Assembly (NCBI RefSeq): GCF_006345805.1
Contig: NC_043002.1
Coordinates: forward strand, 59,644,001-59,708,000
From: Octopus sinensis
Taxonomy: Eukaryota
Reading direction: 5' to 3'
Length of the DNA: 64,000 bases
This document shows positions 1 through 10,264 of the stretch, one piece after another. The translations under genes were made by a program, and so were the position numbers. Under the pieces are notes generated by a model. The model was not told where the DNA came from. It worked only from the letters and a program-made list of their open reading frames with translations, and searched no databases. Numbering within the stretch: the first letter of the stretch is position 1; every line of letters starts with the position of its first letter.

Positions 1-42
1 TATATATCTATATATATATTAATAGAATATATTATATATATA

Positions 43-86
<44 letters not shown>

Positions 87-771
87 TATCAGCGTATATA
101 TGTATACACATATTCATGGTCATATGCATATTTATATGTATGTACGTATATATATATATGTATATACAGAGAGAGAGAGGGGGAAAGGGAGATAGAGGTG
201 AGGGGAGAGAGAGAAGCGTGTGGTTGATGGCATAGAAAGTGAAAGTAGATAGGTTGATGTAAAACAATATGGCGTCTTAGCCATAATATTAATGGAGTTT
301 CGAAAGAAAACCCCAAACGTTGAAAAGTATACACATACCCACATAGTCACACATACATAGTCACACATAAACATACACATATACACATGCACACGCGCAC
401 ACACACACTTACAGATACACACACGCCATTACGTTTTGTTTAAATTTTCTCCTTTAGTAACTGTGTTTATGAGTAAGGGTGTATGAATATGTATGCGTGT
501 GTGTGCGTCTTTGGATGCATGCGATTGGGATAGCGAAAGGACGAATGAGTGACAGAGAGAGAGAGAGAGAGAGAGGGAGAAAGAGGGGGCGGAAAGAATG
601 GGTATGACTACCATGTATATGTGTGTAAGTGTATGACGAATAGTGAATGAGGATTATTAATGAATACATACATATACATATATACGTACATATATACATA
701 CGTCTATGTATGTATGTATGCATGTATGTATCTATCTATGAATATATATCTATATACATATGTATGTATAC

Positions 772-802
<31 letters not shown>

Positions 803-1253
803 AGTGTTTGAATAGTGTACATAATGTGTAGTTAAGATTTTTAATCTGTACCTGTTTGTATCAGTTCATGAGAGAGGAAAACAGGGAAAGTGACGGGAAG
901 GTGACAGTGAGGGGGTGAGAGAAAGCGAGTGAAGAAGGAGAGTTGGAGAAGGAGGGAGACGAAGTGGATGAGGAAGAAGAAGAGAACGAAACTGAAAGAG
1001 AGAGAGAGAGAGAGAAAGAGTGTGTGATAGAAAGAGAGAGGGAAGACAAGACAAAGAGTATATGGATTGTGTATATTCGTATGTATGTCTATTTGTGTAG
1101 GTGCTTACAAATATTCTGCATGAAGTAAGCGTGAAGTGAACTGTATATATATATATATATATAATATACAACATGTGAATAAAGCCAGTGCTATATATAT
1201 ATATATACTATATATTATATACAACATGTGAATAAAGCAGTGCATATATATAT

Positions 1254-1298
<45 letters not shown>

Positions 1299-1598
1299 TA
1301 AACTGTTTGAGTATGAGCAATGTGCGGATACGGATGTGGGTGTTAGACTGATCTATGCAGGTGTGTATACAAGAGAATATTGTAGGGTGTGTAGAAGCAT
1401 GTAAATCATACATTTGAGAATGTAAACGCAATAAAGGACTTAGAACGTACGCAAAAAAAAGACAGTGTATAGAACTTTGCTCATATATATACATACATAC
1501 ACACCACACACATATATATAATATACACGTACATATATATATTATATATATTCATATATATATATACACACGCATAACTGCGAATCTATATGCATATA

Positions 1599-1648
<50 letters not shown>

Positions 1649-2356
1649 GTAATATACATATGTTTTATATATGTGTACATGTATATATGAGTGTGTGTGA
1701 GTGTGTGTGTGTGTTTGTGCGTGCGTATGTGTGTTGTGTGTAATTGGTTCAGACGAAAGGTGGGTTGGGAAGAATGGAGCTTGTGATGTTCGTGCATGAT
1801 GCTATGTTGTGAAAAGTGATACAAACAGGAAACTCGCTCTATAAATACGTGCAGGTTTTTGGCGATTCGTGATTGCACAACGGCTTTCATTGCTCCTTCC
1901 AGGCACTCGTACACTTTGTGCTAAACTTTGATGAAACACGTTGCTGTATGTTTATGTATATCGTTATGGATATATTAAATATATCTGTATTTATACATAC
2001 ACGCATATACATACATACATACAAAAATAAATAGAAATATACATACAAAAATATATAGAAATATACATACATACATACATTCATACATACATACATACAT
2101 ACATACATACATACATACATACATACATACATACATACATACATACATGTATATACATACATATATACATATATATATCTTAGTAAGAATGTATGTATAT
2201 GCATATATCAGTATTTCTGTATGAGTGTATATGTATAAATACATACGAACAAAGATACATGCAAATATACGTACATATATACATTTATATATATGCACGT
2301 ACACACACACACACACATATATATATATGCATAAACCTTATACATATATGTATTTG

Positions 2357-2393
<37 letters not shown>

Positions 2394-2700
2394 TTGTGTG
2401 TGTGTTGTGTGTGTGTGTGTGTGCGTCTGTTGAGTAGTAACAACTGACGTGTGCTTATAGAAATCAAATACACATGCATAAATGTATGCATATATTTATA
2501 TACATATACACTCATACACACACACTCATAGGTGTGTGTGTCAAAGCTGTATATATGTATGTATGTAAATTATGTAAATTATGTTTACACACAGATATAT
2601 GCATGTACATTTAGTCATATCTTTATGTGCGTGTGTGTGTATGTATGTGCCAATATCTGTTGACTGTATGTCGCCGTTAAATAAACTTACGCAATCTAAC
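1..2700. repeat. Microsatellite-dominated region: (TA)n, (CA/TG)n, (GA)n, (TACA)n
   Basis: Direct inspection. Similar arrays recur throughout, e.g. (TATC)n 13402-13490 and 34770-34850, (TATG)n 14200-14270 and 54910-55000, (CTT)n 16800-16880, (AAT/ATT)n 33125-33232 and 61040-61105, (GAT)n 58380-58490, (TA/CA)n 57625-57955. Confidence 0.95.
1849..1920 (-). CDS. Candidate internal exon of an unidentified minus-strand gene (72 nt)
   Basis: tttag|CACAAAG...CTGCAC|gtattt; open in phase 0 (HKVYECLEGAMKAVVQSRIAKNLH) and phase 1; island of non-repetitive sequence among microsatellites. No recognisable domain. Confidence 0.2.
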
Positions 2701-3200
2701 ATGAGCATAGATACTATTATGTAAATATCTGTACCTGGATTCTATGCCTTCCCTAGACCTCCATTTGATATAAGGGGAAAATTTCCTTTCGTTTTGATGC
2801 ACACACATACTTATATATATTTGGCCGTATGTCATGTGTAAACAAGTGGCGTCTCCTCAGCAGTATATACGACATTAGACTGCACATTGGAGTAGTTCTT
2901 TGTGGAAGTATGTTACACTACTCAGTGTGAGGACATGTTGCATCCATTGTAGCAGCTCCCATAATTGCTTATGTCAGTCTCTTTAACTCCACTCTTCTCT
3001 CTGTACTTCTGTGTATATATATATGCATAAGGCTGGCTGCTGACAGATTTTTTTGCAAAACATGGATAATTTATCCTGTTCATTCTATTATATTAGCATT
3101 ACCCTGCGTTTGAGAATAAATTATTTCCTTATCTGTATCTTTCAATACATCTCAACGCTTCTAAACCAAACCTAGTTTGCTTACATTCATTGTAATTTGA

Positions 3201-3250
<50 letters not shown>

Positions 3251-3360
3251 CTAGCAGTAATACCTGTCGTTGATTGGGAAATTACTTCTAGTGTTTCTCG
3301 AGCCGAGAAACTAGAAAAATGGGTGTATCATATAGAAGAATAGCTTTACGGATTCCTGCT

Positions 3361-3660
3361 GACTGCGATGGCACTGAAAAGGCTATAGGTCAAGTGGAAC
3401 ATCCATTTTTTACTGTTCTTTTTGACGTTTGAATAGGTGGTATGCCGAAGGAGAATTGAAAGATTCATTCTGAATGTGAATGAAGTCTGAAGTATAGCTA
3501 TAACATATAGACTGTGCGATGGAACTGAAGACACCACAATTGAAGTGGGACACCCGTTTGTCGGGGTTTCTTTTGACATTTGAATAGGCCATATGTTCAA
3601 GGAAAATTGAAGGATTCAGTTTCGAATGTGAACGAGAGTGAGACTGCAACTACAGATTTG
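3361..3660. repeat. Two diverged ~150-bp tandem units inside the Helitron 3' region
   Basis: gactgcgatggcactgaa...ttttgacgtttgaatagg...gaattgaaagattca...gaatgtgaa (3361-3510) is repeated as gactgtgcgatggaactgaa...ttttgacatttgaatagg...aaattgaaggattca...gaatgtgaa (3510-3660). Confidence 0.75.
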
Positions 3661-3755
3661 GGTTTACTTGTCCTGTATGCGCGTATTATATGAAAGAAAA
3701 ATATGTAATAATTGAAGTAGAAAAAAGATGGATTTCATATACGAACTTCTGTTTG

Positions 3756-4013
3756 TTCTTGAAGCTGCAATCCAGCAACTTTTAGTGTTTGGCCCTGAGA
3801 TATTTTCATGCTCATGGCAAAAAAAATTGGGATAGGAAACTGTAACGGCTTAAATTGGATTGGGACATTTGATGGAATAACTGGTATGCGTGGAACAAAG
3901 ACGGTATCATATTTTCCACAACCAGTGATAATATTTGCCTTAATGCACTTCCTCATAGGTTTGTGTACAATTAGCGTTGTACTTTTGCATAATTTTTGTT
4001 GAGTCAAATTAGG
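3756..4013 (-). pseudogene. Helitron RepHel Pif1-family helicase C-terminal fragment
   Basis: Translation ...LCKSTTLIV...ANIITGCGKYDTVFVPRIPVIPSNVPIQFKPLQFPIPIFFAMSMKISQGQTLKVAGLQL matches the Helitron helicase motifs (FIPRIPxIP, FKRLQFP, FAMSINKSQGQTL). Truncated on both sides. Confidence 0.85.
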
Positions 4014-4159
4014 CATTAATAGTAGGTATAGAAAACGCGTAATAGCTTCCCTTGAACCATTTACTTTCATTTTGGTGGCGAAACAAACGAACAAAAACGC
4101 AAATTATATATAAAGCTACATCTTTATTAAGTACGTTCAGAATTGCCTCTCGTAGATAC

Positions 4160-4206
4160 ATCTCACTGACAGGAGTCAACAAACTCGAAACATCGATGTC
4201 TGAGGT
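4160..4206 (+). ncRNA. Degenerate minimal type-I hammerhead motif (family F)
   Basis: AUCUCA-CUGACAG-GAG(UCAACAAA)CUC-GAA-ACAUCGAUGU-C/UGAGGU: 6-bp stem I, 3-bp stem II, perfect 10-nt palindromic stem III, GUC site; core positions 8-9 altered (AG for GA). Confidence 0.55.
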
Positions 4207-4310
4207 TTCTAAGATATGGCAACAGTGAATGAACTGGGTGTTTTAACACATTTTTACTATAAGAGAGATTTTTTCTCCGCGGTAACTGCAGTGTACTTGC
4301 CTTTAGCAGG

Positions 4311-4375
4311 TGAAATATGTGACAAACATATGAGCCGAATTTCAGTTACCTGAAATATGTTTGCCACATATTTCA
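4311..4375. other. 21-bp near-perfect hairpin (pre-miRNA-sized)
   Basis: tgaaatatgtgacaaacatat (4311-4331) is the reverse complement of atatgtttgccacatatttca (4355-4375) at 20/21; the loop contains an inner ttcag-ttac-ctgaa hairpin. Confidence 0.8.
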
Positions 4376-5317
4376 ACTAACTTAAATTCTGCTCATACTT
4401 AAACACTGCTTTGCGCCAATATTTCGTTAAAAAACATATATATATATTTATGTATATGTACACGTACAAATCAAGGTTGTAATGATTAAGGCAAGCTCAA
4501 TTCTCGCTGCTCTACTCAAGTGAAGCGTACAAGCGAAGAGGCGAAACGCTTGTGACCCTGAATAACTCCTTCATCTCCGATGTTTATTTCTCCTTTATAA
4601 ATATATATAAAGAAGAACGCCATGGCTGGCTTGGTATTACTAAATCTCTCCTGTTCTCTATCCGCATAGATAAGCAGACCATATGGTGTGAAGGCTCTTA
4701 GAAGTGGTCACTGGTTCACTGGCACAATGTAATATTCTCTGATGAATCACTGCACACCATTTTATTATTACACATAGGGGCGACTTTGACGGTTTGCCCC
4801 TACCGCAAAGCATTGAAGTGGCTCTGTGATGATTTGGGTAAAACATCAAAGAATATTCTTGGCTTTTAACTACTCTACATGGCAGAGTTAACGTCAAACG
4901 TTGTCTGAGTATGTTTCGACGCTCACGTCAATCTTTTGTAGAAACATTATCCCCTGTTCATAGAGTAATCTTCCAGGACTGTAATGCTATTTGAAATTAA
5001 TACGAAGTGCCCAAAAGTGAAATATACCGTTTAAAGTGACTCTTGGCAGCTACTAGATCTATTCAAAATAATCGAACACATATTGCATGCTTTGGAAGAG
5101 CAAGAGAGGATCCACTGCCGTCAGCTATAGAAAAATGATTCAAAATTCTCCCAACAATAGTTCAGAACTAGTACAAGTCAATTCTTCGATGTATTAAAAA
5201 TGTGAAAGATGCCAAAATCAAAGTATATTAAATAATGAATTTTCATTTAATTGGATGTATCCATTATTATGTCCAACTTCTACATATGTATGCACACACA
5301 CACACACACACAACCGA

Positions 5318-5600
5318 TACTCCGTCTGTTACGACGACGCGGGTTCTAGTTGATCCGATCAGCGGGAGGGCTTGGTCGCCAAATTAATATACAAGTGGTG
5401 AGTACTCCACAGGCACGCATACCCTTAATGTCGTTCGCATGGAGATTCACCGTAAGGAAAAACGTGAAAAGGCTGGCCCTTGAAATTGCAGTTAGAGCTC
5501 AATTTTACCAGTGGACTGGAGCAACGGGAAATAGAGCGACTTGCGCAAAGTCACAACTCGATCGTGGGGACGAATATTTTAATCACGAAACCACATCTAC
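5318..5600 (-). mobile_element. tRNA-derived SINE family B (diverged)
   Basis: Reverse complement of the family-B body (gttgctccagtccact...cgttaatttc...gttgatcggatcaactagaacc) seen intact at 58905-59190. Confidence 0.75.
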
Positions 5601-5604
5601 TCTT

Positions 5605-5851
5605 TTACTCTTTCATTTGTTTCAGTCACATGTCTGCGGCCATGCTAGAGCACCACCTTTCAGTTGAATAGATCGACCTCAGAACTTATTCCTTGTAAGC
5701 CTAGAACTTATTCTACCAGTCTCTTTGGCCGAACCGCTAAGTTATGGTGATGTAAACACACCAACATCGGTTGTCATGCGATGGTGAGGGGGGAGAAGCA
5801 GAGACACACTAATACATACATACATACATACATAAACACACACACACACGC

Positions 5852-5899
<48 letters not shown>

Positions 5900-6068
5900 A
5901 CGGGCTTCTTTCAGTTTTCGTCTACCAAATCCACTCACAAGGCATTGGTCATTGACTAGCCCGATGCTATAGTAGGAGACACTTGGCCAAGGTGTCACGC
6001 TGTGGAACTGAACCCGGGACCATGTGATTGGGAAGCAAGCCTCTTACCATGCGACCATGTTGGCGCCT
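5605..6068 (-). mobile_element. tRNA-derived SINE family A (CORE-like), full length
   Basis: Head ggcgc...tggtaag...gggttcagttcc, CORE-like accttggccaagtgtc, internal (TA)/(CA) tract and 3' tail gactgaaacaaatgaaag; more than 12 copies in the window. Confidence 0.9.
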
Positions 6069-6175
6069 ACATACATATGTTTATATATAATTATGTATAT
6101 ATATATATGCAAGACATGCAACATAAAGAATATTCCCATCATCATTTTCCCCCTGTTTTATCTACTCCGCGTTTA

Positions 6176-6333
6176 CGACGAACTTCTTTCAGTTTCCGTC
6201 TACCAAATCCACTCACAAGGCTTTGGTCGGCCCGAGGCTATAGTAGAGATACTTGCTCAATGTGTCACACAGTGGGACTGAATCTAGGACTATGAGTTTT
6301 GGAAGCAAGCTTCTTACCACACAGCAACTCCTG
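6176..6333 (-). mobile_element. SINE family A, 5' half
   Basis: cttctttcagtttccgtctaccaaatccactcacaaggctttggtcggcccgaggctatag... is identical in structure to other copies. Confidence 0.9.
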
Positions 6334-6739
6334 TAGTTATAGCTCTTACAGGACTTAGTAGGAATTTCAGAATACATTGATTAGAAGAAGTGTTGTTAAC
6401 CATACACCAAAGCTTTTAGTCGTGGATTATGGATTAGTATTTGAGTAATTAACTCTGCTTCGGTTATTGGTGTTGCCTTTGAAGTTGATAATGATTGCCG
6501 ATGTCATCGATGAAGCATAATTCTTTCACTGTTCGTTAATTGTGAGTGTTAATTAAGCTGACAGTGGTCGTCCTTGATGTTAATGTTGCTGATTAATTCA
6601 GTTTGTTTGCAAAGCGGTTTAACATCAGTGATCTGTGATAGCGTGTTTCAACTGACCATTGCTGTAAAGGACGTGACTGCTGTCGGTAGAGAGACTATTA
6701 ACGGGTTCTAAACACACACACACACAAATATATATATAC

Positions 6740-7385
6740 ACATACAGAAAACAATAAATGGAACAAGAACGTAACAGGCACCAAAACATCCGGACAGTTA
6801 GACGGTACAGGAAAGGACAGGAAAAGACAAGGACGGGTCATTCGGAGCTTCCTATCCTCAGTCGAGTTCCAGATCGTCTTTGCAATTTCGGCTGGTTACA
6901 CTCAAGACTGCTCCAATCCACCCGGTCCCAAGAAAATCTAAGCTAAGAGCACTAGATTCTTTGGAAGAAGACAAGCGAATGCATACGAAAACAAGTACGA
7001 AAAAACGGTAGACTAGTAACGGGTTCTAAACACTCACATACACACACGCATATACATATAAAGAACGTAACAGGCGACAACAAAACATCCGGACAATTAG
7101 TCGATACAAAAAAAACAGGAAAAAACAAGGTCGGGTTATTCGGAGTTTCCTATCCTCACTCGAGTTCCAGGTTGTCTTTGCAGTTTCGGCCGGTTACATT
7201 CGAGACTGTTCCAATTTGGCTAACCCCAAGAAAATCTAAGCTAAGAGCACTAGATTCTTTTGAAGAAAGCAAGTGAATGTATACGAAAACAAGAACGTAA
7301 AAAAAAACGGAGAAGTGGTACACAATTACAAATGCAAACAACAAGACATTAACAACAAGTGTCTTTCGACTAAGGACGAATTAAC
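6740..7385. repeat. Two tandem copies (~6740-7020, ~7060-7385) of a dispersed repeat X; third copy at 24545-24845
   Basis: Shared aaaacatccggaca...gacgggtcattcggag..tcc...ccaagaaaatctaagctaagagcactagattc...gtctttcgactaaggacg. Confidence 0.85.
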
Positions 7386-7739
7386 TTAAGCTGGCATGTG
7401 TGAAGGTGAAGCCTTACGACAGGAGTACAGGCGATGAAAGTCGTACATATAAGCACACACACGAACACACACACACACTCTCTCTCTATCACTTCCTCTC
7501 TCCCTTTCTCTCTCACGTACATAAACATATATATATATATATGAAATTAAACACAGGACAAGGGAACTGGAACAACGTAATCAACTTCATTAGCTTGCAG
7601 CTGTTTCTGTCATAGGAAGCAGTGAATTCAGAGTTAAAGTATATGCGTATGCCTGTAGCTTACTCGGAACGATTTCCTTTTCCATTTCGTACTCAAATAA
7701 CGATTTAGACTGAGTCAGACAATTCATGACATAGCTTAC

Positions 7740-7748
7740 CTGATAACG
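7740..7748 (-). CDS. Candidate 9-nt microexon (CGTTATCAG)
   Basis: gcaattcgttttgcattcacag|CGTTATCAG|gtaagcta: strong acceptor with UGC in the pyrimidine tract, consensus donor, frame-preserving, stop-free in all phases. Confidence 0.4.
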
Positions 7749-7893
7749 CTGTGAATGCAAAACGAATTGCTTGAGTAGTAACAAACTGACTCAATCTCAC
7801 AAAAAATATTAATCTCTAATGTTGTATTGAGTACTCACTCTTCCGAAAATCAGCGTTAAATGCATTTCTGCACTCGCGTGCGTGCATGTGTCT

Positions 7894-8455
7894 GTATAAA
7901 TATAGAATAGTGGTCCAACAATGCACCAATATTTACTGGAAATAGCAGTCGATAATATACGACGCTAAATATATATACAGTCGAAGATGTTTGCGGGCGG
8001 CGAACATTAAAAATTTCATCTTACCTGTAGGAAGAACATTAAAGAAATGTACAACCCAGATGTGGATCAGCTAGGACCTAGGTTTCAAAATCTCCAAATT
8101 ACGTTTGTTAACGTAAATTTTATTAGTTCCCTTCGACTAGATTCATCTACACTTAATTTCGAATGTTGCTACATCATTTCCAGTATACTCGTCTGAACGC
8201 CTGGCCGTTTACAGACCGAGAACAGTGAAAAGGTTTTCAAAGAAAAAAATTATCTAATAGTGCAATGCAGTAGTATTGCTTCCCAAAGCGCCACCAGGTT
8301 AAAGTATAAATATAGAATAGTGGTACAATAATGCACCAATATTTACTCGAAATAGCAGTCGAGTATATACGACGCTATAGTAAAGCCTCACTCTCTCTAT
8401 ATATACTGGCAAAGATGCTTGCCGGCGGCGAACATAAAAACAATTTTCATCTTAA
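7894..8455. repeat. Diverged direct repeat (7894-8025 and 8304-8455), ~410-bp period
   Basis: gtataaatatagaatagtggt.caa.aatgcaccaatatttact.gaaatagcagtcga...gcggcgaacat occurs twice; ttcgaatg.tg.tacatc also recurs at 8158 and 8569. Confidence 0.8.
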
Positions 8456-9010
8456 TAAAATGTAACAACAAAAGAATGAGATCACGATATTAGAGAAATA
8501 AAGAATTATTCATATATGTCATAAATTAGAGCAAACAGTAAAGGGTTGTCATAACAGTACTCGGAGTTTCGAATGCTGTTACATCTCTAAGATACATTCG
8601 ACTCAGAGATGAGTAATGTGCGACATCTTATACCTTCCTCGGAGTCAAACATATGAAATCTATGTTTCCTGCGGTAAGCATTTAAATCCATATATTATGT
8701 TCTGTAACCTCCTGACGCTTTACTTTAAAGCGTAAGTATAATGTGTTTGTTTCTTCTTATATAATATCAGTGAATCGTTATTATTGTACTTGTGATATCT
8801 GATATTTGAGGCGAGTTTGTTCCACTGAACGAAACTGGTCATGGAACAAACTGAATATATTATAAATTCCTATTGGGTTTTGTTCTTGAAATTAAATGAA
8901 AAAGGAGATTCGGTATTGATGCATATCTGTAGCCATGTTTACTTTACTTTCTTATCAATTCCTTCAGCTGAAGTTGACGAGAAGGCATTCAAGAAGTAGA
9001 AATTGCTGAA

Positions 9011-9553
9011 CGAGGTCTGATCAAAAACTATCGGGGCTATTGCTACAGTAACGGAGCTAAATTACGCAGGGGAAAGCTGCTTGGCACGGATTGACCTTGG
9101 ACTCTGTTGCGCATGCACACTAAGTTATAACATTCTCGCTCACTTCCGTTGTATATAGCAGTGCTAGGAAGTAAAGTGTAGATTGTGGTCGTCTCAAAAA
9201 GAAGATAGGGCTTCAGCTGCGCGGGATCTGTGTGATTGTGTCGTGGAAGACGGAAACCTTTTGTAAACTCTCATAACGGGTGACGAAACTTGGTTTCATG
9301 GATATTCCGCTGAAACAAAGGCTGAATTTTCGCAGTGGATTTCACAAGATTCCAAGACATCGAGGAAATCCAAGAGAATGCAAAGAAGCAGCTGCTCGCT
9401 ATCGCTACAGAGTTCGAGGAATGCTCTCATGAAACGGAAACAACACCGGATAACGTGTTTGGCTTCAGAAGAGGACTACTTCGAAAGAGATTAAATGCCA
9501 AATTGATATGTGCTGTAACAGAGTATACTTTGTATCGTTTAGTTTTGTCTGGT
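9011..9553 (+). mobile_element. Internally deleted mariner (Tc1/mariner) transposon relic
   Basis: TLITGDETWFHGYSAETKAEFSQW (TGDETW at 9276-9293) is joined to a C-terminal fragment RFQDIEEIQENAKKQLLAI...; 5' end cgaggtctgatcaaaaa resembles a mariner TIR; 3' TIR decayed. Confidence 0.8.
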
Positions 9554-9921
9554 ATGAGCTGAAATCTTAGCAGTGTTTGACAGTCGTTAGAAAAGTGCTC
9601 TCACTTGGCTAATAGTTGCCTTGACTCTCATTTCTAGCAATACTGGGGATCACTAGCACCCTCCGTCACTTTAGTGACGACGATACTTGTTACCTTTCGG
9701 TTGTAAATTATGAATAGCCTCCTTAATAATTTCTGTATATATGGAATGAGATAAGTGGAACAAGGGCACACACGAAGGCGGAAAGTGTCACTGAAGAGAC
9801 CACAGATGTGTGACGAAAGATTTCACGGAAAATGAAATGAGTTATAATAAGAACAGTAATAAACGGCATTATTTACATTAGTTACATTTGACGAATATTT
9901 GTCCTCATCTTGTTTGTTGTT

Positions 9922-9974
9922 AACACAACGTTTCCGCTGATATACACTCCCACTCCAATCTTCATCAGGTATCT
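9922..9974 (-). ncRNA. Minimal hammerhead motif, family A-HHR
   Basis: GAUAC-CUGAUGA-A-GAUUG...CAGCG-GAA-ACGU-U/GUGUU; core intact, stem II partly mismatched. Confidence 0.6.
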
Positions 9975-10030
9975 TGGGGAAATTTCGAACCTGGGTTCTC
10001 ATTCCTATGGTATTTTTCGATATGCCCACG

Positions 10031-10100
10031 GGCATATGCCGTAGTGGTTAAGAGCGCGGGCTACTAATCCAAATATTCCGAGTGCAATTCCAGGGAGTGA

Positions 10101-10102
<2 letters not shown>
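10031..10102 (+). promoter_or_regulatory. tRNA-like SINE head with Pol III A and B boxes
   Basis: ggcatatgccgtagtggttaagagcgcgggctactaatcc...gagtgcaattcc: A-box TGCCGTAGTGG, degenerate B-box GTGCAATTCC, anticodon-like arm. Confidence 0.75.
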
Positions 10103-10174
<72 letters not shown>

Positions 10175-10221
10175 TCGAAAAATACCTTAGGAATGAGAAT
10201 CCAGGTTCGAAATTTCCCCAA

Positions 10222-10264
10222 GAGACCTGATGAAGGATGGGGAGTACAGCCGAAATGTTGTGTT
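10222..10264 (+). ncRNA. Minimal hammerhead motif, family A-HHR
   Basis: GAGAC-CUGAUGA-A-GGAUG(gggagua)CAGCC-GAA-AUGU-U/GUGUU; core intact, 4/5 pairs in stems I and II. Confidence 0.65.

Larger units (their letters stand above)
3251..4100 (-). mobile_element. Helitron remnant (3' end plus helicase fragment)
   Basis: The minus strand ends in a degenerate GC hairpin (cccaatcaacgacagg) then CTAG (3251-3254) followed by T. It carries a Pif1-type helicase fragment in the same orientation. 5' boundary not defined. Confidence 0.8.

Noticed and set aside
6831-6870. Hammerhead in repeat X (CUGAGGA...CUCC-GAAUGACCCGUC on -, also 7131-7170 and 24631-24665)
   Set aside because: All three copies have GAAU rather than GAAA, a weak stem II and no stem I pairing.
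9785-9830. CUGAAGA-GACCACA(GAUG)UGUGAC-GAAAGAUUUC hammerhead-like string
   Set aside because: Core and partial stem II are present, but no stem I can be formed at any NUH; at best a relic.
10031-10102. Genuine tRNA genes (here and at 20250, 40840, 58905)
   Set aside because: A/B boxes are present, but acceptor stems are not formed and each continues into a multi-copy SINE body.
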